Under the pieces are notes generated by a model. The model did no database searches. It was given only the letters and a program-made list of their open reading frames with translations, and was not told the origin of the DNA. Shown one piece after another: positions 36,365-47,071 of a stretch of DNA of 64,000 bases. Every line of letters begins with the position of its first letter. Position 1 is the first letter of the stretch. This DNA is from Candidatus Eiseniibacteriota bacterium (lineage in GTDB: Bacteria; Eisenbacteria; RBG-16-71-46): NCBI GenBank assembly GCA_044222065.1, contig JBGAOA010000009.1, positions 14,061 to 78,060 on the forward strand, given 5' to 3'. A program made the translations under genes and the position numbers.

Positions 36365-36835
36365 TCAGCGTTCGAGCGTGAACAGCCACTCCGCGACCTC
36401 GGGCTCGCCGGGCACGGGCGTCCATTCGCCCTCACCGACGACGCGGAAGCCGTTCTTCTCGAGCACGCGGCGCGAGGCCGCGTTGTGCTTCACGACGCGC
36501 GCGTGCAGCGGCCGCTCGCCGTATTCGGCGAGGAACAGCGCGAGGGCCTGCGAGGCGTAGCCGCGGCCCCAGTACGCGCGCCCGATCCAGTAGCCGACCT
36601 CGCGCACGCCGTCGCGGAGGAAGCTCACGACGCTGCCGACGACCGTGCCATCGGCGACGATCGTGCGCAGCACGCACGTCTCGTCGGCGCGGATGCGCGC
36701 CCAGTGCGCGTCGAACGTCTCGCGGTCGCGCGGCGGCACGCCCGCGAGGCGGTGCGAGCGGGCGTCGGCCTGGAACTCGAAGAACGACGGCAGATCGCCG
36801 TCTTCGACGGGGCGGATCGAGAGCGAGTCGCTCAT
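36365..36835 (-). CDS. RimJ/RimL-type GNAT acetyltransferase
   Basis: [34 protein letters not shown]-coupled to the kinase. Confidence 0.9.
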   Translation of the reverse strand: MSDSLSIRPVEDGDLPSFFEFQADARSHRLAGVPPRDRETFDAHWARIRADETCVLRTIVADGTVVGSVVSFLRDGVREVGYWIGRAYWGRGYASQALALFLAEYGERPLHARVVKHNAASRRVLEKNGFRVVGEGEWTPVPGEPEVAEWLFTLER

Positions 36836-38421
36836 GCGGATGCCGGCAGGTGGAGATTCCACCAGTCGCGCGCGTCGACCTCCGACCACGCGCGTTCGAG
36901 CGGCACCGCGCCGAGCGCGTCCGAGAGCGCACGCGCCGTCTGAGGGCGACGGGCCGGATCCTTCTCGAGGCACGCCATCACGACCCGTTCGAGCGCCTCG
37001 GGGATCGGCTGCGAGGCGCGCGAGGAAGGCGGCGCGGGCGGCGTGTTCGCGTGGTGCAGCAAGTGCGCCATGGGCGTCGGCGCCTCGAACACCTGCCGGC
37101 CGGTCAGGAACCAGTACGCGACGCACCCCGTCGCGTAAAGATCGGCGCGGCCGTCGAGGTCGGCCCGGCCGAGCGCCTGCTCCGGCGGCATGTACTCGGG
37201 AGTGCCGTGGATGAACTCGTCGCTCGTGCGCGTGGGATCGAGGGGCGAGCCGCCCGAGAGCGCGCGCACGAGGCCGAAGTCGAGCACCTTCACGAAATCG
37301 TTCTCGACGCCGTAGCGGCACACGAAGATGTTCGCCGGCTTGATGTCGCGATGGACGAGCCCGCGAGCCTCGGCCTCCTCGAGCGAGCGGCACACTTGCC
37401 TCAGCAGGTGGATCGCGCGCGCCGGCGGAATCGGACCGTGGCGGCGCACGAGCGCGCTCGCGTCCAGTCCCTCGAGCAGTTCCATCACGGAATAGAGCGT
37501 GCCGTCGCTCGCGACGCCGAAGTCGAACAGGTCGACCGTGTGCGGCGAGCGCAGGCTCGCCACGGCCTGCGCCTCGCGTTCGAAGCGGCGCACGACGTCC
37601 TCCGTGAGCGGAATCGGCGTGCCGTCGGCGGCACGGCGCCGGATGAGCTTGATCGCGGCCGGGCGGGCGAGCAGGCGGTGCCGGGCGCGCCACACCTCGC
37701 CCATCCCGCCGTGTCCGAGCCGCGACTCGAGCAGGTAACTGCCGAGTTCGCGCGCGGCCGCGACCTCGCGTCCGAGCCCGTAGATGACGCGCGCCCCGAT
37801 GAACGCGAACGTGACCGCGAACCCCGAGCCGAGGCTCGCGCTGATGTAGTCGTCCGCCCCCGCGCGAACCTGCCCGGCGAGCGCGAGCGTGAGGATCGCG
37901 AGGGGCACGGTCGCGCCGGCCGCGATCCCGGCGATCAGCATCCGACGGGGCGGCCCCGGGAGCAGGAGCGGGAACAGCAGCACCACGACGGGAACCCACG
38001 TGAGCCGCGGGATCGCGCCGCGATCGAGGAACTCCTGCCAGATCGCGGTCGTCGCGATCACGCCGCAGATCGCGACCTCGTACACGAGGCCGACGACGTG
38101 CAGGCGCGTCGAGGGAAACCGCGAATCGCGGGCGACCCACCACAGCGCGCCGGAGGCGGCGATGGCGAGGAGGCTCGACACGAGGAACACGGTGCGGGCG
38201 AGCGAATCGGGCGGCGGCGGCGATCCGGTCGCCGACGACACGAGCGCCGCCACGAGCGCGAGCACGGGATCGAAGGCGAACGCGACGAAGAGCAGCCCGG
38301 CGAGCAGCGCGACCCGGCTGCGCACCTGGTCGAGCAGGTCCGAGGGCAGCGAGTCGTCGCCGGCGGCGACGGGCCCGCCCGCACGGACGGCGGGACGGAC
38401 GAGCGTCACGGGTTCGCGCAT
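36832..38421 (-). CDS. Hanks-type Ser/Thr protein kinase with N-terminal multi-TM region
   Basis: GHGGMGEV, AIKLI, HRDIKPAN, DFG, GTPEYMPPE. Confidence 0.93.
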   Translation of the reverse strand: MREPVTLVRPAVRAGGPVAAGDDSLPSDLLDQVRSRVALLAGLLFVAFAFDPVLALVAALVSSATGSPPPPDSLARTVFLVSSLLAIAASGALWWVARDSRFPSTRLHVVGLVYEVAICGVIATTAIWQEFLDRGAIPRLTWVPVVVLLFPLLLPGPPRRMLIAGIAAGATVPLAILTLALAGQVRAGADDYISASLGSGFAVTFAFIGARVIYGLGREVAAARELGSYLLESRLGHGGMGEVWRARHRLLARPAAIKLIRRRAADGTPIPLTEDVVRRFEREAQAVASLRSPHTVDLFDFGVASDGTLYSVMELLEGLDASALVRRHGPIPPARAIHLLRQVCRSLEEAEARGLVHRDIKPANIFVCRYGVENDFVKVLDFGLVRALSGGSPLDPTRTSDEFIHGTPEYMPPEQALGRADLDGRADLYATGCVAYWFLTGRQVFEAPTPMAHLLHHANTPPAPPSSRASQPIPEALERVVMACLEKDPARRPQTARALSDALGAVPLERAWSEVDARDWWNLHLPASA

Positions 38422-38559
38422 CGCGGGCTCCGGAGCGGCGGGAAGCGAGGCGGAACGCGCCCGGATCGGCGGGCGCGTCCGCGGGAGTCGGAGCCCCACC
38501 TTCGGCGAAGCTCCGGCGGCGACGCAAGCGAGAACGTCACGCCGCCGGGCGCGCGGCGC

Positions 38560-38775
38560 TCAACGCGTCAGCGAGTCCATGTCCGCCGCGTGCTGCTGCT
38601 CCTTCGCGGCCGCGTTCAGCGCGCCGCCCACCGCGCCCGAACCCGGGATCGCCTTCTCGGTCGCGAGCACGCTGTCGCGCTGGTGCTCCGTGAGCTTCGG
38701 CTTCTGCTCCGAGGACGAGCCGCCGCAGCCGGCGAGCATCGCGAGGATTCCGGCCGTCATCACGAGTCGCTTCAC
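38560..38775 (-). CDS. Small lipoprotein
   Basis: GTGA-coupled; lipobox LAGC in KRLVMTAGILAMLAGCGG. Confidence 0.7.
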   Translation of the reverse strand: MKRLVMTAGILAMLAGCGGSSSEQKPKLTEHQRDSVLATEKAIPGSGAVGGALNAAAKEQQHAADMDSLTR

Positions 38776-39380
38776 GATCCGACCTCCAGTGGCGGGCTCT
38801 CGGCGAGCCGCCGTCCGAGCGCGCGGGCGCGCTCCACGAGTTCCGATCGCGTCGCGACGCTGCCCGCGCCGTCGTCGTCGTGACGGAACGCGATCGTCTC
38901 CTCCCACTTCGCGCCGATCCATTTGAGGAATCCGCGCACGGTGCGTTCGGCGTGCTCGTGCGGATGCGCGCTGCTGCACGAGGTCAGGAACGCGCCGCGC
39001 CGCGTGCGCGCCCACTTCGCGCGGAAGTCGAGCGCGCCGCCCTCGAGACGCACGAGCGGCGTCACGCAGTTGCAGCGGTCGATCAGCATCTTGAGCGGCC
39101 CGCTCACGGTGTCGAAGTACACGGGCGAGCCGACGAAGACCGCGTGCGCGCGATCGAGCGCGTCGTACACCCGGTCCATGTCGTCGTGGATCACGCAGCA
39201 GCCCTCGGTCGGCTCCGGACCGCACGCGACGCACGGCGCGATCGCGAGCTCGGCGCAGCGGAAGTGCACCGACGCGGCGCCCGCCGACTCGGCGCCCTCG
39301 ATCGCGGCGCGCAGCAGCAAGTCCACGCTGCTGCCGCGCACGGGGCTGCCGTTGAGCGCGACGACGAGCCGCGCGCTCAT
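38772..39380 (-). CDS. Flavodoxin-like / iron-sulfur flavoprotein (NADPH-dependent FMN reductase family)
   Basis: LNGSP, CVACG....CCVIHDDM, GSPVYF, KMLIDR. Confidence 0.88.
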   Translation of the reverse strand: MSARLVVALNGSPVRGSSVDLLLRAAIEGAESAGAASVHFRCAELAIAPCVACGPEPTEGCCVIHDDMDRVYDALDRAHAVFVGSPVYFDTVSGPLKMLIDRCNCVTPLVRLEGGALDFRAKWARTRRGAFLTSCSSAHPHEHAERTVRGFLKWIGAKWEETIAFRHDDDGAGSVATRSELVERARALGRRLAESPPLEVGS

Positions 39381-40188
39381 CGCTTCTCGGCCCACACGAG
39401 GGTCGTCGCGCCGAATCGCGTCACGAGCGGCAGCGCCTCGCACGCCGACTCGGCCGCGCGACCCAGGCCGAGCAGCGGATCGGGCAGCGTCTTCGGCACC
39501 CACAGGAAGCTCGCGGAGCCGAGCACGCGGAAACCCGCGCCCTCGAGCCGCGCGATCAGCTCGGCGGCGGGCAGCGGGTGGTGGTAGCGGTACGGGTGGT
39601 ACGTGCTCGCGTCGTCGCTCGCCTCGGGGAAGCAGCTCGAGGGCAGGCGGCGGCGCAGCGCGGGCAGCTTCACCGCGAGCCGCTTCACGGTTTCGATCGG
39701 CGACGCGGCGTTCGGCGTCGAGATGGACACGCGCGCTCCGGGCTTCAAGACGCGCGCGATCTCCTCGAACACGGCGTCACGGTCGGGCCGGAACACGTGC
39801 TCCATCATCTCGACCGACACCGCACGGTCGAAGCTCTCGCTGCGGAACGGCAGCCGCTTCGCGTTCGCGAGCGTGAGCCGCAGCGCCTCGGCCTCGGGCA
39901 GCGCGCGCCGCGCCCAGCGCAGCTGGTCGATGCCGAGGTCGATGCCCGCGATGCGGCAGCCCGCCCGCTTCGCCCACAGCGTGCCGTACGCCCAGCCGCA
40001 CCCGAGGTCGAGCACGTCGAGCCCGGGGCGGAGCGCCGCACGATCGAGCACCTCGCGAAAGCGCCGCACCATCATGTAGCGCGTCGTGCGCGTGCCGAGG
40101 TACCAGTGCTCGACGAGGAACGGCAGCCCGTCGCGCGAGGCGAACGACAGCTCCGGCTCGGCCGGGAGCGCGGGCGTGCGGGTATCGG

Positions 40189-40192
<4 letters not shown>
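39377..40192 (-). CDS. Class I SAM-dependent methyltransferase
   Basis: [36 protein letters not shown]; start assumed at the TTG overlapping the upstream TGA. Confidence 0.85.
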
Positions 40193-41001
<809 letters not shown>

Positions 41002-41046
41002 CGGATCTCCTTCGCGGCCTCAGACCGTCGCGGCCGCGTCACGTCG

Positions 41047-41655
41047 TCAGGGTTCTTCGTCGCCGAGATTGGCCAGCTCGCGCTCGGTCTCGTCGTAGCG
41101 CCGGCGGGCCTCCTCGAACTGTTCCGCGGACGGCCGGATCGGCCGGTCGTGCTCGTCGGTCTCGAAGCGCACGACTTCGCGCGCCTCGAGCAGCTCCATC
41201 GCGGTGCGCGCCGCGTCCTCGGTCTCGAACGCGAACGGCAAGAACTCGCCCTCGCGCCCGAGCAGCTCGAGCCGCCACGGATCGTGGTCCGGCGCGCCGC
41301 GCACGACGCGCCCCGCCGTGAAGTCGCCCGCGCGCAGCAGCTCGCCGACCGACGGCGCGTAGGCGTTCGGCTCCGCCGCGATGCCGCCTTCGGCGCGCAC
41401 GGGCACGACGCGAACCGCGTGGTCCTCGCCGATGAAGGCGAGACCGTCCGACGTCATCGCGGCGATCGCGGGCGCGTCGGCGTCCACGGCGTCGTCGTCC
41501 TCGTCGGCCTCCGCCACGGGTGCGGGCGCCGCCTCGGGGACCGTCGGAACGGAACCGGTCGTCGCGTCACCACCGCCGGCGAGACGCCGCAGCAGGAACG
41601 CGACGACGGCGACGCCGGCGAGCGCGAGCAGGATCGGAACGGTGTTGCCGCCCAT
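41047..41655 (-). CDS. Acidic protein with N-terminal membrane anchor, function unknown
   Basis: PILLALAGVAVVAFLLRR followed by a D/E-rich body (EADEDDDAVDAD); lies between the mutase subunit genes. Confidence 0.75.
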   Translation of the reverse strand: MGGNTVPILLALAGVAVVAFLLRRLAGGGDATTGSVPTVPEAAPAPVAEADEDDDAVDADAPAIAAMTSDGLAFIGEDHAVRVVPVRAEGGIAAEPNAYAPSVGELLRAGDFTAGRVVRGAPDHDPWRLELLGREGEFLPFAFETEDAARTAMELLEAREVVRFETDEHDRPIRPSAEQFEEARRRYDETERELANLGDEEP

Positions 41656-41662
41656 GGCGCCC

Positions 41663-43420
41663 CTAGAACTGCGGGTCCTCGACGTAGTCGCCGAACACCT
41701 CGCGCATCGCGCCGCGGATCTCGCCCTCGGTCGCGTACGTGCGCGCGGCCTCGTAGATCCTCTCCATGAGGTTCGCCTCGCCCGGCCGCGTGCGCGCGGC
41801 GGCCGTGAGCGCGTGCAGCGCCGAGGCCGTCGCCTTGCCGTCGCGCGTGCGGCGCAGCTCGGCGAGTGCGGCCTTCTGCTCGCTCTCGGCTTCCTCGGAG
41901 ATGTACAGGATCGGGATGTCCAGCTTCTCGTCCGGCTCGACGTACTCGTTCACGCCGACGAGGACGCGCTGCTTCTTCTCGATCTCCTGCTGGTACTGGT
42001 ACGCGGCCGCGGCGATCTCGCGCTGGAAGAACCCGCGCTCGATACCGGCGACGACGCCGCCCATCGCCTCGATCTGGCGGAAGTAATGCTCGGCCTCTTC
42101 CTCGAGCCGGTTCGTGAGGCTCTCGACGTACCACGACCCGCCGAGCGGGTCGATCGTCTCGGTGACGCCGATCTCGTGCGCGATGATCTGCTGCGTGCGG
42201 AGCGCGATCTTCACGGCCTTGTCGCTCGGCAGCGCGATCGTCTCGTCCATCGAGTTCGTGTGCAGCGACTGCGTGCCGCCGAGCACGCCCGCGAGCGCCT
42301 CGAACGCGGTGCGGACGATGTTGTTCTCGGGCTGCTTGTCCCACAGCGAGCAGCCGGCGGTCTGGGTGTGGAAGCGCATAAGCCACGACTCCTTGCGCTT
42401 CGCCCCGTAACGTTCGCGCATGTGGCGCGCCCAGATGCGGCGCGCGGCGCGCAGCTTCGCGATCTCCTCGAAGAAGTCGAGGTGGCTGTTCCAGAAGAAC
42501 GACAGCCGCGGGGCGAAGTCGTCCACGTCGAGACCGCGCTCGATACAGCGCTCGACGTACGTGAAGCCGTCGGCGAGCGTGAACGCCAGTTCCTGAGCGG
42601 CGGTGCTGCCCGCTTCGCGGATGTGGTAGCCCGAGATCGAGATCGTGTTCCACTGCGGCACGTGCTTCGTCGCGAACTCGATCAGGTCCACGATGATGCG
42701 GAGCGACGGTTCCGGCGGGAAGCACCAGCACTTCTGCGCGATGTACTCCTTCAGGATGTCGTTCTGGAGCGTGCCGCGCAGGTTCGAGAACGGCACGCCG
42801 CGCTTGTCGGCGTTCGCGAGGTAGAAGCCGAACAGGATCGACGCCGGCCCGTTGATCGTCATGGACGTCGAGATCGCGCCCGGGTCGATGCCGTCGAGCA
42901 GCACTTCCATGTCGCGCAGGCTGTCCACCGCGACGCCGCACTTGCCGACTTCGCCGTGCGACTTCGGGTGATCGCTGTCGTAGCCCATGATCGTCGGGTT
43001 GTCGAACGCGATCGAGAGTCCCGTCTGGCCGTGGCCGAGCAGGTAGTGGAAGCGCTGGTTCGTCTCGCGGGCGGTGCCGAAGCCCGCGAACTGGCGCATC
43101 GTGAACATCTTTCCGCGGTACATCGTCGGGTGGATGCCGCGCGTGAACGGATACTCGCCGGGGTGCGCGAGGTCGCGCGCGAGGTCCGTGCCCGCGACGT
43201 CGTCCGGCCCGTAGAGCGGGCGGATCGGGATCCCCGAGATCGTGTAGGGGTAGACGTCGGCGCGCTTCTTCGAGCCCGTAAACCGCTCTTCCCATTCGCG
43301 CCGCTGGGCCGCGAACGCGCCGGTCGTCGCGGCCGCCTTCGCCGACTTCGCCGGCGCACGTCGAGGGGCGTGGCCGCGCTTCGACGCGCGGGACTTCGAA
43401 CTCGGAATGCGAAGGGCCAT
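41663..43420 (-). CDS. Acyl-CoA mutase large subunit, isobutyryl-CoA mutase (IcmA)-like
   Basis: [10 protein letters not shown] (Phe) and [14 protein letters not shown] (Gln) at the specificity positions; SGYHIREAG; basic N-terminal extension. Confidence 0.88.
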   Translation of the reverse strand: MALRIPSSKSRASKRGHAPRRAPAKSAKAAATTGAFAAQRREWEERFTGSKKRADVYPYTISGIPIRPLYGPDDVAGTDLARDLAHPGEYPFTRGIHPTMYRGKMFTMRQFAGFGTARETNQRFHYLLGHGQTGLSIAFDNPTIMGYDSDHPKSHGEVGKCGVAVDSLRDMEVLLDGIDPGAISTSMTINGPASILFGFYLANADKRGVPFSNLRGTLQNDILKEYIAQKCWCFPPEPSLRIIVDLIEFATKHVPQWNTISISGYHIREAGSTAAQELAFTLADGFTYVERCIERGLDVDDFAPRLSFFWNSHLDFFEEIAKLRAARRIWARHMRERYGAKRKESWLMRFHTQTAGCSLWDKQPENNIVRTAFEALAGVLGGTQSLHTNSMDETIALPSDKAVKIALRTQQIIAHEIGVTETIDPLGGSWYVESLTNRLEEEAEHYFRQIEAMGGVVAGIERGFFQREIAAAAYQYQQEIEKKQRVLVGVNEYVEPDEKLDIPILYISEEAESEQKAALAELRRTRDGKATASALHALTAAARTRPGEANLMERIYEAARTYATEGEIRGAMREVFGDYVEDPQF

Positions 43421-43481
43421 GCTCGGACTCCCGCTCAGGGTGGTGCGGCCAGCGCCGCGAAGGACGCGAAAGGACCCGGGC

Positions 43482-43511
43482 AGCCTACGAGCGCCCTTCG
43501 CAGAGGGTCAA
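43482..43511 (-). promoter_or_regulatory. Putative sigma70 promoter for the IcmA-like operon
   Basis: TTGACC-N18-TAGGCT. Confidence 0.55.
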
Positions 43512-43536
43512 GGATGCGTCGCGCGGAGTCGCGGAC

Positions 43537-45102
43537 TCAGCGCACCGAGGCGAATCGCGCGGCGAGGCGCGTCGTTCCGGCCGCGTCCGAGACGCTCGCG
43601 CGCGCGAACAGCACGCCCACCGGCAAGGCACGCGCCTCGAGCGCGAAGCGGTGCGCGCCGGGGGCGAGTTCGCCGTCGGCGACGAGCGCGACCCGCCGCC
43701 CGAGCACGTCGTGGAGCGTCAGCCGCACCCGGGCCGCGCGCGGCAGGTCGAGCGCGAGTTCCCGTCCCGCGGGTCCGCCGCGCACCGCGAGGCGCGCGGC
43801 CTCCGGGAGCGTGGCGACGGTCTCGACGCCGACGAGCGCGAGCACGACGACGCGCACGCGCTTCGCTTCGTACAGCACCGCCACGGCGCCGGCGTTCGGA
43901 ACGCCGTCCACCGTGACCGACGCGAACGTGCCGGTGATCGCGGTGCCGGCCGTGAGGATCGTGAGCGTGTCGCCGACCGCGGGTGGCGACGTCGTCGAGA
44001 GCCGCAGCGCGAGTTCGCCGCGCAGCGTGTCGCGCGTCGTCGCGGTGACGAGGTCGCACAGTCCGCCGGCGGCGAGATCGGCGACGGTGCGCGCGTCGGC
44101 GCCGAGCCCGAGCGAGCCCGTGATCGCGAGCGTCGCGATCGCGTCGAGCGAGTCACCCGGCGAGAGCGTCGCGGTGGAGCCCGCGCCGTCGCCGACGCGC
44201 ACGACGCCCTGGAGCGACGCGCCGCCCTCGAGCGCGCCGCCCATGACGTAGACGAGCGTCTGCTTCACGGGCCCGTTCACGACCGTGCGGCCCGACGTCT
44301 GCCAGTAGCTGCCGAAAGGCTTCACGGCCGTGCTGCGATCCACGCTGCCGGTGGCGGCGACGCGGAAGTCCCCGTCGTTCACGATGCGCGCGCGACCCGC
44401 GTCGTAGAGCGTGTTCGTGAGCGGACCCGCGATCACGAGCGTGCCGGTGTTCGTGAGGAGGCCGGTGTTCGAGAAGAACGCGCCGGCCTCGTTCACGAGC
44501 GTGCCCGAGTTGAAGCACTCGCCGTCGAGCGGCAGGTCGGCGCCCGCGTGATTGAGGAACGTGCCGCGGTTGTCGAGCGTCGGATTGTCGGGATCGCCCG
44601 GCGGATCGTTCGACGGGTCGATGAGCGTGTACAGGTAGAGGTTGTTCTCGACGAGGCCGTCGTTCACGAGCCGCCCGTCGTCGTAGATCGTGAAGTCGCT
44701 GCTCGTGACGAGCGTGGCGCCGGTGCGGTTCCACATCGTGCCGTCGTCCTCGATCTGCAGGATCGCGTCGTTCGTCCACGCACCGCGGTTGTCGATCTGC
44801 GCGCTCGCGAAGACGCGCGGCCAGGCCCAGCCGCTCATCGCGAACGTGCCGCCCGGCTGCACGAGGAACAGGCCGCTGTCGGCGAACGCCCCGCCCGGCG
44901 AGGCGAGGAAGTACGTGACGACGTTCGCGGCCGACACTTCCAGCGTGTCGCCGAGTGCGATCTTCGACCCCGGCAGCGGGCACGGCGAGGTGCCCGTGGT
45001 CTGCGAGCAGAGCTGCACGCGTCCGGCGCGGGCGGGCGAAATCACGAGCGGCGAGGAAGCGACGGCGGCGAGCGCGGCGAGCGCGACGATGCGGCGAAGC
45101 AT
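43537..45102 (-). CDS. Secreted protein with Asn/Gly beta-helix-like repeats and FlgD-Ig/T9SS-like C-terminal domain
   Basis: Signal peptide MLRRIVALAALAAVASS; repeated xNxG motifs; C-terminal LHDVLGRRV...GVLFARA. Confidence 0.78.
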   Translation of the reverse strand: MLRRIVALAALAAVASSPLVISPARAGRVQLCSQTTGTSPCPLPGSKIALGDTLEVSAANVVTYFLASPGGAFADSGLFLVQPGGTFAMSGWAWPRVFASAQIDNRGAWTNDAILQIEDDGTMWNRTGATLVTSSDFTIYDDGRLVNDGLVENNLYLYTLIDPSNDPPGDPDNPTLDNRGTFLNHAGADLPLDGECFNSGTLVNEAGAFFSNTGLLTNTGTLVIAGPLTNTLYDAGRARIVNDGDFRVAATGSVDRSTAVKPFGSYWQTSGRTVVNGPVKQTLVYVMGGALEGGASLQGVVRVGDGAGSTATLSPGDSLDAIATLAITGSLGLGADARTVADLAAGGLCDLVTATTRDTLRGELALRLSTTSPPAVGDTLTILTAGTAITGTFASVTVDGVPNAGAVAVLYEAKRVRVVVLALVGVETVATLPEAARLAVRGGPAGRELALDLPRAARVRLTLHDVLGRRVALVADGELAPGAHRFALEARALPVGVLFARASVSDAAGTTRLAARFASVR

Positions 45103-45200
45103 GGGGGCAGGCTCCGGGCGAGGGGTGAGCGGCGAACGTGGCCGGCGCGAGTATGTCGGCCCGCGCGCCGCCGGCTCAAGGACGAAGCGCATTCGGCCCC

Positions 45201-45227
45201 TCAAGCCCGGCCCCTCCGCGCCGAGAC
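45201..45227 (+). promoter_or_regulatory. Putative sigma28-like promoter of the EAL-HDOD gene
   Basis: TCAAG-N14-GCCGAGAC. Confidence 0.45.
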
Positions 45228-45279
45228 TGCGAAGGTGGACTCTTTCCCGAACGCCTCCCCGCCCCCGAGCGAGCCCCCG

Positions 45280-46574
45280 ATGGAACCCGAGTCGCCCCGC
45301 GACCCGAGCGCGCCCGGCGCGCATTCGATCCCGGCAGCGTGCGGCGATCCGGCGCCGGCGCGCCGCATCTTCGTCGCGCGCCAGCCGATCTTCGATCGCG
45401 ATTCGCGCGTCGTGGCGTACGAGCTGCTGTTCCGGAACTCCTCCGAGAACCGCTTCACCGTCACGGACACCGACGCCGCGACCGCGATCAGCATCGAACA
45501 GAGCACGGCGGCCTTCGGGTTCGACGACCTCGTCGGGAACGCGCTCGCGTTCGTGAACCTCTCGCGCGGCGCGCTGCACGACGAGCTCTACCGGCTGCTC
45601 CCGCGCGAGCGCACGGTCGTCGAGCTGCTCGAATCGCTCGAGCCCACGGCCGACAACCTGCTCGCCGTCTCGAAGCTGCACGACGCGGGCTACGTCATCG
45701 CGCTCGACGACTACGTCGGCGGCCCGAACACCGACGCGTTCCTTCCCTACGCCGCGATCGTCAAGGTGGACGTGCGCACCGCGCCGCACTGGCGCGAGGG
45801 CGGTTTCGTGGCGGCGCTGCGCGCGCGCGGCCTGCGCCCGCTCGCCGAGAAGGTCGAGACGCACGAGGAGCACGCCGCGGCGCTCGAGGCCGGCTACGAG
45901 CTGTTCCAGGGCTACTTCTTCTGCGAGCCGCAGATGCTCGAGACGCGCGACCTGCCGCCGTCGAAGGCGTTCCAGCTGCGCTTCCTCTCCGAGGCGAGCC
46001 GCACGGACGCGTCGTTCGAGCGGCTCGAGGAGCTGTTCCGTCAGGACGTCGCGCTCACGATGCGCCTGCTGCGCTACCTGAACTCCGCCGCGTTCGGCTG
46101 GCGCTACGAGATCACGTCGCTGCGCCACGCGCTCGCGCTGATGGGGCTCCGTCCGCTGCGGAAGTGGGCGCTGATGATGGGACTGCTCTCGCTCGCGAGC
46201 GACCGGCCGCGCGCGCTCGTCGTGACGTCGCTCGCGCGCGCCCGCTTCGCCGAACGGCTCGGCGCCGAGAGCGGGCTCGACGAGCACGACCTCGAGCTGT
46301 TCCTCACCGGCATGCTCTCCGTCGCCGACGCCATGGTCGGGCGGCCGCTCGAGGAGATCCTGTCCGGGCTCGCGGTGCCGGAGTCCGTGCGCGATGCGCT
46401 GCTCGGCGGGGACAACGAGGTCGGCGCCGTGTTGCGCATGGTGCGCGCGTACGAGCGCGGCGACTGGGCGACGCTCGACGACGCGCGCGGCGAGGGCGGC
46501 CCCGACGACGCGGCGCTCGACGCCGCGTACGTGCAGTCGCTCGAGTGGGCGGAGGCGACGGCGGACGCGCGTGA
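45280..46574 (+). CDS. EAL + HDOD domain protein (YuxH/CdgJ-like c-di-GMP phosphodiesterase family); stop apparently frameshifted
   Basis: FVARQPIFD..VAYELLFR, IALDDY, LAEKVET, FQGYFF, LLRYLNS, FLTGMLS. Recognisable sequence ends at SLEWA. The TGA at 46572-46574 is out of frame and the ORF reads on to 47262. Confidence 0.85.
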
Positions 46575-46596
46575 GCGCGTCGCGCCGTCGCGAGAC

Positions 46597-47071
46597 TCAC
46601 TTCACGAGCACGATCCGGCGCGTCGCGCCCGGCTCGCCTTCCACCTCGAGCCGCCCGAAGTACACGCCCGCGTTCCCCTCGGGCGCGCTCCAGCGCAGTT
46701 CGTGGTAACCGGCGGTGAACGCCTGCCGCACCGGCTCGCCGAGCTGCCGCCCCGCGACGTCATAGACCGCGAACGTCACGACCGCGTCCTTCGAGAAGCG
46801 CACGAAGCCACGCGCCGGGTTCGGCGACGGCGGGCCGAACGCGAGCGACTTCGGCAGCGCGGCCGTCGCCCAGGATCGCGCGGATCGGGTTCCACCGAGA
46901 CGACGCGAGTGCCGCCGAAGCACCGAAGCCGTGGCACAGGAAGAAGCTCGCGTTCGCCGGGCCGCCGACGACCAGCTGGCCGACGCCGAGCAGCGACGAG
47001 TTCTGCGCGCCGTCGACACCACGCCGCCGCGCAGCACGCGTGCGCGTGCGGCGATCGCGGCGCGCGCTCAT
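46597..47071 (-). pseudogene. Small secreted protein with FlgD-Ig/T9SS-like C-terminus, broken by several frameshifts
   Basis: Fragments in different frames: VGQLVVGG..FLCHGF / CFGGTRVVSVEP / PSPNPARG..YDVAGRQL..GVYFGRL. Confidence 0.65.

Noticed and set aside
43421..43536. Cobalamin riboswitch upstream of the mutase genes
   Set aside because: Leader is too short and no B12-box was recognised.
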